A stretch of 64,000 nt of DNA. Origin: Eledone cirrhosa. Lineage: Eukaryota. Positions within the stretch are counted from its first letter, which is position 1. Each line of letters begins with the position of its first letter. Location: positions 18,910,001 through 18,974,000 of the forward strand of contig OZ024747.1 in the NCBI GenBank assembly GCA_964016885.1, given 5' to 3'. The position numbers and the translations under genes are program-made. The notes under the pieces are model-generated. The model searched no databases. It had not been told where the DNA came from and saw nothing but the letters and a program-made list of their open reading frames with translations. Shown in pieces: positions 52,996 through 64,000 of this stretch.

Positions 52996-53508
52996 CATTT
53001 TGCGTGTGTTGTATTTTAGGTGTATATTGTTTCGTAGATGTGTGTATTGTTATATATAATTGTTTCTACTTTTGGCACAAGGCCAGCAATTTCTCAGTGT
53101 ATTACTGGTACTGTACTTTATTTTATCGACCCCGTAAGGATGAAAGGCAAAGTTAACCTCGGCGGGATTTGAACTAAGAATGGCAAGGGCCGTAACTCTA
53201 TGCGTCAAAGCATGGCGTCCGACACTCTACCGATACTGCCAATCCACCGAATGGGGATGTGTTGATGTTGTTAGCCACTTTTTGTTGAGCCGACACAGAT
53301 TAAGGGACAGAATGTTAGATTAAAAAGGCGGAATGTCGTCATTGTTGTTGTAGAAACTATATAGATACATAATTTATAACGCTGTGTGTGTGTGTTTGTG
53401 TCTATGTATGTGTGCATGTGTGCGTGTCTGTGTGTGTGTCTACTTCTATGTTTACTGGTGTGAGAAGCTGTCAGTGAGTGTGTGTGTGTGTCCGTGTGTG
53501 TATTTGTG

Positions 53509-53557
<49 letters not shown>

Positions 53558-53657
53558 ATATGTGTGTGTATGTGTCTATTTCTATGTTTACTGGTGTGAG
53601 AAGCGGTCTGTGAGTGTGTGCGTGTTTTATGTGTTTGTTTATGGGAGGGTGTGTGTC

Positions 53658-53731
<74 letters not shown>

Positions 53732-54084
53732 CATGTTACTTTAAATTGCGATATGAATTTGTATTTGATAGATACATTATATTATCGTGTATATGCATAA
53801 GAATGCGAAACTGCAGTATTTGATACGGGACAGCTGACGACCAGGATCTTCCTGATTTCCGTTCGTTTATTTTCTCTATGCTTTATTGGCTTTATACCAA
53901 TTTGAATTAAACATACATGAGTAGACGGGAATTATGCGAAAGACCGTTTGATGGATTGTACATGTTATTCCAAGGTGAAATACTCCAGCCATTTACATGT
54001 TAATTTAACGAGTAGGGAGTTCCTCTGATGAACCAACTGGAATACTCGATATCCTAACTGACGTATGATCCATTTACATTTACT

Positions 54085-54748
54085 GTGTGTGTAGGTGCGT
54101 GAGTGAGTGTGCCTGTGTGTAGGTACGTGTGGATGTATCTGTGTGTAGGTACGTGTGGATGTATCTGTGTGTAGGTACGTGTGGGTGTATCTGTGTGTAG
54201 GTACGTGTGGATGTGTCTGTGTGTAGGTACGTGTGGATGTGTCTGTGTGTAGGTACGTGTGGATGTGTCTGTGTGTAGGTACGTGGGTGTGTGTGACTGT
54301 GTAGGTATGTACGTGGGTGTGTGTGTGACTGTGTAGGTATGTACGTGGGTGTGGATGTGTGTAGGTAGTGCGTGAGTGTGTCTGTGTAGGTACGTGTGTC
54401 TGTGTGTAGGTACGTGTGGATGTGTCTGTGTGTAGGTACGTGGGTGTGTGTGACTGTGTAAGTATGTACGTGGGTGTGGATGTGTGTAGGTACGTGTGGA
54501 TGTCTCTGTGTGTAGGTACGTGTGGATGTGTCTGTGTGTAGGTACGTGGGTGTGTGTGACTGTGTAAGTATGTACGTGGGTGTGGATGTGTGTAGGTACG
54601 TGTGGATGTGTCTGTGTGTAGGTACGTGTGGATGTGTCTGTGTGTAGGTACGTGGGTGGGTGTGTCTGTATGTAGGTACGTGGGTGTGTGTGACTGTGTA
54701 GGTATGTACGTGGGTGTGGATGTGTGTAGGTAGTGCGTGAATGTGTCT
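54085..54748. repeat. Degenerate ~26-bp minisatellite (gtgtgtaggtacgtgtggatgtgtct)
   Basis: Visible directly. It grades into the next array. Confidence 0.85.
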
Positions 54749-57700
54749 GTGTAGGTATGTGTATGGTAATATCTGTGTAGGTATGTGTATGGTAATATCT
54801 GTGTAGGTATGTGTATGGTAATGTCAGTGTAGGTATATGTATGGTAATGTCAGTGTAGGTATATGTATGGTAATGTCAGTGTAGGTATGTGTATGGTAAT
54901 GTCAGTGTAGGTATATGTATGGTAAAGTCAGTGTAGGTATGTGTATGGTAATGTCAGTGTAGGTATGTGTATGGTAATGTCAGTGTAGGTATGTGTATGG
55001 TAATGTCAGTGTAGGTATGTGTATGGTAATGTCAGTGTAGGTATGTGTATGGTAATGTCAGTGTAGGTATGTGTATGGTAATGTCAGTGTAGGTATGTGT
55101 ATGGTAATGTCAGTGTAGGTATATGTATGGTAATGTCAGTGTAGGTATGTGTATGGTAATGTCAGTGTAGGTATGTGTATGGTAATGTCAGTGTAGGTAT
55201 GTGTATGGTAATGTCAGTGTAGGTATATGTATGGTAAAGTCAGTGTAGGTATGTGTATGGTAATGTCAGTGTAGGTATGTGTATGGTAATGTCAGTGTAG
55301 GTATATGTATGGTAATGTCAGTGTAGGTATGTGTATGGTAATGTCAGTGTAGGTATGTGTATGGTAATGTCAGTGTAGGTATGTGTATGGTAATGTCAGT
55401 GTAGGTATGTGTATGGTAATGTCAGTGTAGGTATGTGTATGGTAAGGCCCGTGTAGGTATATGTATGGTAATGTCAGTGTAGGTATGTGTATGGTAATGT
55501 CAGTGTAGGTATATGTATGGTAATGTCAGTGTAGGTATATGTATGGTAATGTCAGTGTAGGTATATGTATGGTAATGTCAGTGTAGGTATATGTATGGTA
55601 ATGTCTGTGTAGGTATATGTATGGTAATGTCAGTGTAGGTATATGTATGGTAATGTCAGTGTAGGTATATGTATGGTAATGTCTGTGTAGGTATATGTAT
55701 GGTAATGTCAGTGTAGGTATGTGTATGGTAATGTCAGTGTAGGTATATGTATGGTAATGTCAGTGTAGGTATATGTATGGTAATGTCAGTGTAGGTATGT
55801 GTATGGTAATGTCAGTGTAGGTATGTGTATGGTAATGTCAGTGTAGGTATGTGTATGGTAATGTCAGTGTAGGTATGTGTATGGTAATGTCAGTGTAGGT
55901 ATATGTATGGTAATGTCAGTGTAGGTATGTGTATGGTAATGTCAGTGTAGGTATGTGTATGGTAATGTCAGTGTAGGTATGTGTATGGTAATGTCTGTGT
56001 AGGTATGTGTATGGTAATGTCTGTGTAGGTATGTGTATGGTAATGTCAGTGTAGGTATGTGTATGGTAATGTCAGTGTAGGTATATGTATGGTAATGTCA
56101 GTGTAGGTATATGTATGGTAATGTCAGTGTAGGTATGTGTATGGTAATGTCAGTGTAGGTATGTGTATGGTAATGTCAGTGTAGGTATATGTATGGTAAT
56201 GTCAGTGTAGGTATGTGTATGGTAATGTCAGTGTAGGTATGTGTATGGTAATGTCAGTGTAGGTATATGTATGGTAATGTCAGTGTAGGTATGTGTATGG
56301 TAATGTCAGTGTAGGTATGTGTATGGTAATGTCAGTGTAGGTATGTGTATGGTAATGTCAGTGTAGGTATGTGTATGGTAATGTCAGTGTAGGTATATGT
56401 ATGGTAATGTCAGTGTAGGTATGTGTATGGTAATGTCAGTGTAGGTATGTGTATGGTAATGTCAGTGTAGGTATATGTATGGTAATGTCAGTGTAGGTAT
56501 ATGTATGGTAAGGCCCGTGTAGGTATATGTATGGTAGGCCCGTGTAGGTATATGTATGGTAATGTCAGTGTAGGTATGTGTATGGTAATGTCAGTGTAGG
56601 TATATGTATGGTAATGTCAGTGTAGGTATATGTATGGTAATGTCAGTGTAGGTATATGTATGGTAATGTCAGTGTAGGTATATGTATGGTAATGTCAGTG
56701 TAGGTATGTGTATGGTAATGTCAGTGTAGGTATATGTATGGTAATGTCAGTGTAGGTATGTGTATGGTAATGTCAGTGTAGGTATGTGTATGGTAATGTC
56801 AGTGTAGGTATGTGTATGGTAATGTCAGTGTAGGTATATGTATGGTAATGTCAGTGTAGGTATATGTATGGTAATGTCAGTGTAGGTATGTGTATGGTAA
56901 TGTCAGTGTAGGTATGTGTATGGTAATGTCAGTGTAGGTATGTGTATGGTAATGTCAGTGTAGGTATGTGTATGGTAATGTCAGTGTAGGTATGTGTATG
57001 GTAATGTCAGTGTAGGTATATGTATGGTAATGTCAGTGTAGGTATATGTATGGTAATGTCAGTGTAGGTATATGTATGGTAATGTCAGTGTAGGTATATG
57101 TATGGTAATGTCAGTGTAGGTATATGTATGGTAATGTCAGTGTAGGTATGTGTATGGTAATGTCAGTGTAGGTATGTGTATGGTAATGTCAGTGTAGGTA
57201 TGTGTATGGTAATGTCAGTGTAGGTATGTGTATGGTAATGTCAGTGTAGGTATGTGTATGGTAATGTCAGTGTAGGTATATGTATGGTAATGTCAGTGTA
57301 GGTATGTGTATGGTAATGTCAGTGTAGGTATATGTATGGTAATGTCAGTGTAGGTATATGTATGGTAATGTCAGTGTAGGTATATGTATGGTAATGTCAG
57401 TGTAGGTATATGTATGGTAATGTCAGTGTAGGTATATGTATGGTAATGTCAGTGTAGGTATGTGTATGGTAATGTCAGTGTAGGTATATGTATGGTAATG
57501 TCAGTGTAGGTATGTGTATGGTAATGTCAGTGTAGGTATATGTATGGTAATGTCAGTGTAGGTATGTGTATGGTAATGTCAGTGTAGGTATATGTATGGT
57601 AATGTCAGTGTAGGTATGTGTATGGTAATGTCAGTGTAGGTATGTGTATGGTAATGTCAGTGTAGGTATATGTATGGTAATGTCAGTGTAGGTATGTGTA

Positions 57701-58963
57701 TGGTAATGTCAGTGTAGGTATATGTATGGTAATGTCAGTGTAGGTATGTGTATGGTAATGTCAGTGTAGGTATATGTATGGTAATGTCAGTGTAGGTATG
57801 TGTATGGTAATTTCAGTGTAGGTATATGTATGGTAATGTCAGTGTAGGTATGTGTATGGTAATGTCTGTGTAGGTATATGTATGGTAATGTCAGTGTAGG
57901 TATGTGTATGGTAATGTCAGTGTAGGTATATGTATGGTAATGTCAGTGTAGGTATGTGTATGGTAATGTCAGTGTAGGTATATGTATGGTAATGTCAGTG
58001 TAGGTATATGTATGGTAATGTCAGTGTAGGTATATGTATGGTAATGTCAGTGTAGGTATGTGTATGGTAATGTCAGTGTAGGTATGTGTATGGTAATGTC
58101 AGTGTAGGTATGTGTATGGTAATGTCAGTGTAGGTATATGTATGGTAATGTCAGTGTAGGTATGTGTATGGTAATGTCAGTGTAGGTATGTGTATGGTAA
58201 TGTCAGTGTAGGTATATGTATGGTAATGTCAGTGTAGGTATGTGTATGGTAATGTCAGTGTAGGTATATGTATGGTAATGTCAGTGTAGGTATATGTATG
58301 GTAATGTCAGTGTAGGTATATGTATGGTAATGTCAGTGTAGGTATGTGTATGGTAATGTCAGTGTAGGTATGTGTATGGTAAGGCCCGTGTAGGTATATG
58401 TATGGTAATGTCAGTGTAGGTATATGTATGGTAATGTCAGTGTAGGTATATGTATGGTAATGTCAGTGTAGGTATGTGTATGGTAATGTCAGTGTAGGTA
58501 TATGTATGGTAATGTCAGTGTAGGTATGTGTATGGTAATGTCAGTGTAGGTATATGTATGGTAATGTCAGTGTAGGTATGTGTATGGTAATCTCAGTGTA
58601 GGTATATGTATGGTAATGTCAGTGTAGGTATATGTATGGTAATGTCAGTGTAGGTATGTGTATGGTAATGTCAGTGTAGTTATGTGTATGGTAATGTCAG
58701 TGTAGGTATGTGTATGGTAATGTCAGTGTAGGTATATGTATGGTAATGTCAGTGTAGGTATATGTATGGTAATGTCAGTGTAGGTATGTGTATGGTAATG
58801 TCAGTGTAGGTATGTGTATGGTAATGTCAGTGTAGGTATATGTATGGTAATGTCAGTGTAGGTATATGTATGGTAATGTCAGTGTAGGTATGTGTATGGT
58901 AATGTCAGTGTAGGTATATGTATGGTAATATCTGTGTAGGTATATGTATGGTAAGGCCCGTGT
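54749..58963. repeat. 26-bp minisatellite, ~160 copies
   Basis: Unit gtgtaggtat(g/a)tgtatggtaatgtca, highly homogeneous. Confidence 0.97.
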
Positions 58964-59241
58964 TAAGAACCTCCGATAGGATACATTACAGTATTCGTTC
59001 CGGCTCCCTGGGTTCAAATCCCACCGAGATCAACTTTGTCTTTCATTCTTTCGAGGTCGATAAAAAATGTACCAGTCTAGTACTGGGGTCGGGTCTTCGT
59101 CTAGAACTCTTTCTCACTTTCTCTCCCTTTCCTTCTCAGGAAGAAATTGGCTACGTTCAGACCTGGAGAGAGGATGGGTTCCATCTGGTTTACAATGCCC
59201 ATGACACGCCATCTCTACGACTCCATCAGGAGTTACGAGTC

Positions 59242-59293
<52 letters not shown>

Positions 59294-59375
59294 ATATATA
59301 TTTATAAATTTACAAATTTATAAATTTCTGGTTGGTTGGTTGGTTCCACAACCAGATAGTTGTTTATATATATAT

Positions 59376-59420
59376 AGTCATAGTTCTTTCGTCACACACT
59401 CTGTGACCTCTTCAGTGACT
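59376..59420 (-). ncRNA. Minimal hammerhead ribozyme motif
   Basis: Minus strand AGTCA-CTGAAGA-gGTCACA(gagtg)TGTGAC-GAAA-GaaC-TA-TGACT, in the (TA)n-flanked cassette 59290-59478. Confidence 0.85.
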
Positions 59421-59472
59421 GGGGATTTCTTTCTTCGTTTCTGTGCCTTTCCTTTCTTCTATCATACTCCAT

Positions 59473-59519
<47 letters not shown>

Positions 59520-59564
59520 ATGGAATACTGTTAGCTTCTCGCTACAACAATTTCTATACCTTTC

Positions 59565-59617
<53 letters not shown>

Positions 59618-59621
<4 letters not shown>

Positions 59622-59848
59622 AACCAGTAAGACCCCGACAGCTGAGCTCAAGCCGTTTCGACGGCTAATTCTGGACTAAAATCAGAATTAGTCCAGAATT
59701 AGTCCAGAATTAGTCCAGAATTAGCCGTCGAAACGGCTTGAGCTCAGCTGTCGGGGTCTTACTTGTTCCTATTACCCACTCTACTACCCTAAGTATTGAG
59801 TACTTTGGTGCGTTATGGTCCACCTGGTTCCCTACCACATTTCTTTTG

Positions 59849-59850
<2 letters not shown>
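59618..59850 (+). mobile_element. Family C fold-back element with tandem tagtccagaat repeats at the inversion point
   Basis: Arms plus tail, three copies of an 11-bp unit at the junction, and (TA)n flanks. Confidence 0.82.
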
Positions 59851-59907
<57 letters not shown>

Positions 59908-60393
59908 CAAAACTTAGTAGAGCAGACCTATGGGCAAACGCATTCCTACCATGGCCATCTCGGGTCGTTTTACTTCTCACACAAAGTATATATCCAAACC
60001 ACATTATCCAATATTAATTTCAGTGGGTTTTTGTTTGTTTGTATTTTAGGCAATAGAGTGTGATTTAAAGGAACATTGGTTGTTATTTCTGGCATATCGA
60101 ACAACTACGTAGGTCTTTCCTCATTTGCATGCAAGTAGAGAAGTGTCCATTATAAGTGAAGGGAAATATAGGATTACAATGGGAAATCGAAACTGAATCA
60201 TGCTTACCTATTTACACTATAGTATAACATATGATGTGAGGAAGAGCTTCAGATGAGAACTGTAAAGCAATATCAAGGAGATTATCAGACATGGCGAGTG
60301 ACTGTAGGCCTTTTATTACGTGGTAACGTTGAAGGAGAGAGGGGGACGAACAGCTAGATAGGGAGAAGGGATAACTTATATACATACACATAC

Positions 60394-60469
<76 letters not shown>

Positions 60470-60480
60470 GTGTGTATATA

Positions 60481-60533
<53 letters not shown>

Positions 60534-60537
<4 letters not shown>

Positions 60538-61140
60538 TGGCTGCCAACTCGTTTTCGAGTACGGCCACTACTTTATATCCATGTAGGAGAACCCCTACCG
60601 ATGCGGTGAACGAGTGTGACTTTTTAGTCCAGCCAGCGACTTGAAAACTCTGGTACAAACACTACACTTGTGACAATTATTGACGCATAGTGCTGGGCCC
60701 ATGGTACCATGTGACAAGTGCAGAGAGATCTCCAGATATAAAGCAATGCCTGTGCCGTGAAGCTTTTATAGTGAGCAAAGGCACTGCACAAAGCCAGTCC
60801 CACTCTCTTAACCAAGATGATATTTACCAAAAAGAAGAACAAGTCAACATCATTGGATACCATCAGGGTTGCAGGTGTTATATCAGAGTTTTCCTTCTCC
60901 TAGAATTCTGCCTTGACAAAGGCTAAGGGGTCATCTCTCCCGGTGATTTTGGATGGCCATTGACTCTTAAGAGCTCCTTTGCCCTTTGACAGGTTTTGTT
61001 TTTAGTCCTGCAGGATGTCCAAAGTCACCCTCCTCACCAAGAAACCTTGGTGGGGTTGCCAGTTTAGTCGCCAACGACCCGACCATGAGACAGGTTGTAC
61101 TGGGATACATGTTACCAGTAGCACCAACTGGTGACCTGAC
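60534..61140 (-). mobile_element. ~610-bp non-autonomous retroelement (copy of 33211-33820)
   Basis: Near-identical sequence with identical end points, flanked by (TA)n. Confidence 0.75.
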
Positions 61141-61181
61141 ATTTGTATATATATATACATACATATATATATACGTTTGTG

Positions 61182-61397
61182 AAGGCGTGTGACTGAGTGG
61201 TTAGAGAATTGGATTCACAATCTTGAGATTGTGAGTTCGATTCCTGGACCGGGCGATGCGTTATGTCCTTGAGCAAGACATTTTATTTCACGTTGCTCCT
61301 TCTACCTGGAGTTGCGACCGATAGATAGTACTAGCAACTGGAAAGACGGACGAAAACATTGTTTCCTCGGTCCGATTTGACGAAAGTCGATCGACCC
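61182..61397 (+). mobile_element. SINE family B
   Basis: tRNA-like head, core block and the same tail as 2387-2597. Confidence 0.85.
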
Positions 61398-61437
61398 TTT
61401 TTTTTTTTTTTTTTATATATATACATATACGTATGTA

Positions 61438-61471
<34 letters not shown>

Positions 61472-61495
61472 GATAGATAGAGGGGGGAGGAGTAC

Positions 61496-61532
<37 letters not shown>

Positions 61533-61554
61533 TAGATAGAGGAGGGAGGAGTAC

Positions 61555-61586
<32 letters not shown>

Positions 61587-61675
61587 GGAGGGGAGAGAGA
61601 AAGAGAGAAGAGGAATAAATATATATCTATGTGTGTGGGTGGGTGTGTGTGTGTGTAGAAAGAGAGTGTAGACAA

Positions 61676-61722
<47 letters not shown>

Positions 61723-61854
61723 TGTTTCTTTATTAGCCACAGGGGCACAAAAGAAGGGGACAAATACAAAGGGGGAAGTTTACATACAATAAAAACGTGT
61801 AAAATGTTATCACAAATGCAATTTAAAAAGTTAGTCGATTTTCCCCAATAGGGG

Positions 61855-61903
<49 letters not shown>

Positions 61904-62034
61904 CAGCAGAGTAAAGACAGAGAGCAAGGTGTAGAGAGATAGTTAGGTCGACAGAGATAGATAAATAAGTAGGAGGGGTAAAGATATATAGATATATGCA
62001 TGCATGTGAAGAGAGATGGTGGGGAAATATACCT

Positions 62035-62438
62035 TGTGTGTGTGTGTGTGTGTGTGTGTCTGTGTCTGTTTGTCTGTCTGTGTGTGTGTGAGAGAGAGTG
62101 TGTGTGTGTCAGTATGTGTGTGTGTCTGTCTGTCAGTCTGTTTGTGTCTGTTTGTCTGTCTGTGTGTGTGTGTGTGTGTGTGTCTGTGTGTGTGAGAGAG
62201 AGAGAGTGTGTGTGTCAGTATGTGTGTGTGTCTGTCTGTTTGTGTCTGTTTGTCTGTCTGTGTGTGTGTGTCTGTGTGTGTGAGAGAGAGAGAGTGTGTG
62301 TGTCAGTATGTGTGTGTGTCTGTCTGTTTGTGTCTGTTTGTCTGTCTGTGTGTATGTCTGTGTGTGTGAGAGAGAGAGTGTGTGTGTGTCAGTCTGTCTG
62401 TCTGTCTCTGTGTGTGTGTGTGTGTGCGTGTGTCAGTC

Positions 62439-62534
<96 letters not shown>

Positions 62535-62561
62535 TGTATGTGTGTGTGTGTGTGTGTGTGT
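62035..62561. repeat. (TG)n/(TCTG)n compound microsatellite
   Basis: Visible directly. Confidence 0.9.
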
Positions 62562-62904
62562 AAGAAAAGTAAGATTTTCTTTTCGTTGCCGCGAAAAGTG
62601 AAGTGCAAAGTAAAGAACAGGTGTTATGTGCTGGGATTAAGGAGAATATCAGGTGCGATTTGTAGTGCTGACTGTGTGGTTTAAGGGTGTATCGGGTGTT
62701 GCTTGCTGGCGGAACTGGATATATGCAGTAAGGTCAGGAAGGGCTGATTTATAAACATGTAGAGGTAAATCAGATCAAATGAGCAACAGTTGGACAGAGA
62801 ATGATGATGAATATGACGGATATGGAGAGGGTGTTGCGAAGTGGCTGTTGGGGTGGGGGTGGTAGGGGTAGGGAATACTAATTTGAGATGAGGATGAGGG
62901 CATT

Positions 62905-63200
62905 GATGACGAAGAAGACGTAGAAGAAGACGAAGGTACAAAAAAAAAGGAAATAAAAAAAAAGACGTAGAAAAGACGAAGAAAAAGAAAAGAAAGAAAA
63001 ACAAAGAAAAAAACGAAGAAAAGACAAAGAAAAGAAAAAGAAAAAAGACAAGAAAGAAAGAAAAAGAAAAAGACAAGAAAGAAAAGAAAGAAAAAAAGAA
63101 AAAAGAAAAAAAAAGAAAACAAAGAAAACAAAGAAAAAAAACAAAGATAAGGAATACAAAGAACAAGACAAAGCCAAAGAAAAAGAAGAACAATAAAATG
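62905..63200. repeat. A-rich (GAAA)n low-complexity tract
   Basis: Visible directly. Confidence 0.85.
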
Positions 63201-63671
63201 TAAAAGAAGCTATGTTCTGTGTTACAAAACCGCTGAAGTCAACTTTGTTTTTCAGACTTCAGAGGTCGATAAAATAAGAAACGTATCAAAATATTGGGAT
63301 TGATTTATTCAGTCAGTTACACGTTAATTTAACAAGTAGGCCGTTCTGTTCACCAAACATTGCAAATACTTATCGTCGACACTGATGGAGGTCCAATTTA
63401 TCTTGTCAAAATCAAAATCACCTTTCCCTTTTGAAGACAGTGACGTAAGATTTGATGGAAGGTCAATGGAGAATATATATATATATAAATTAATAAAAAC
63501 AATGAATAAAAACAAAGAAACAGTTCCTTATATTAAAAAATTCATCATTTTACGATCGTTTCTAGGATATATATGTGTGTGTTGGTATGTATATCATATA
63601 GATCTATGTAAAATTTTTACAAACATATATATATATATACATACACACACAGAGGGTATATATATATATAA

Positions 63672-63716
<45 letters not shown>

Positions 63717-63742
63717 CATATACATACACACACAGAGGGTAT

Positions 63743-63776
<34 letters not shown>

Positions 63777-64000
63777 CATAAATCATGTCTTTAGAATTAT
63801 TAGATAAAATATATACCGTTTCTTCTTCCAATTAGTATAATTAACCATATAAAAAATCAATTGGACCAAGCTATAAGAGGAAAGGCTCTTATGAAGAAAT
63901 CTTCGACAAATAACCGAAAGTGGCCTCTTCGCGGTGGCCCCAATATAGTATATTTATCCAACATTTCGACAGTATGTAGAAACTGACTAAATATATCATC

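Noticed and set aside
51584-52998. Long ORFs (226 aa, 180 aa)
   Set aside because: Translations of polypurine and CA-rich minisatellites.
54020-54060. ctctgatgaacc hammerhead-like start
   Set aside because: No GAAA, stem III or UH in the required arrangement; part of another old repeat.
62000-63193. Cys/Val- and Phe-rich ORFs
   Set aside because: Translations of (TG)n and (GAAA)n repeats.

Overview
AT-rich, microsatellite-dense eukaryotic (animal) DNA that is almost entirely non-coding. The SINE families and repeat landscape suggest a coleoid cephalopod such as Octopus; this is an inference from recalled repeat motifs, not a search. No intact host gene can be shown, only one weak candidate exon (~26778-27154). 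Almost all ORFs in the supplied track are translations of simple repeats. The window holds several tRNA-derived SINE families, hAT, piggyBac-type and pogo-type MITEs, decayed mariner, RTE and R4/Dong retroelement fragments, and two large minisatellites. The most notable signal is a dense set of short cassettes embedded in (TA)n microsatellites. They carry about 14 type I hammerhead-ribozyme motifs (stem I-CUGANGA-stem II-GAAA-short, often palindromic stem III-UH-stem I) from many unrelated sequence families. Many are folded into long inverted repeats whose second arm stops at an internal T/TA. They are best explained as 3' ends (pLTRs) of Penelope-like retroelements. All structures were read by eye and coordinates may be off by a few bases.
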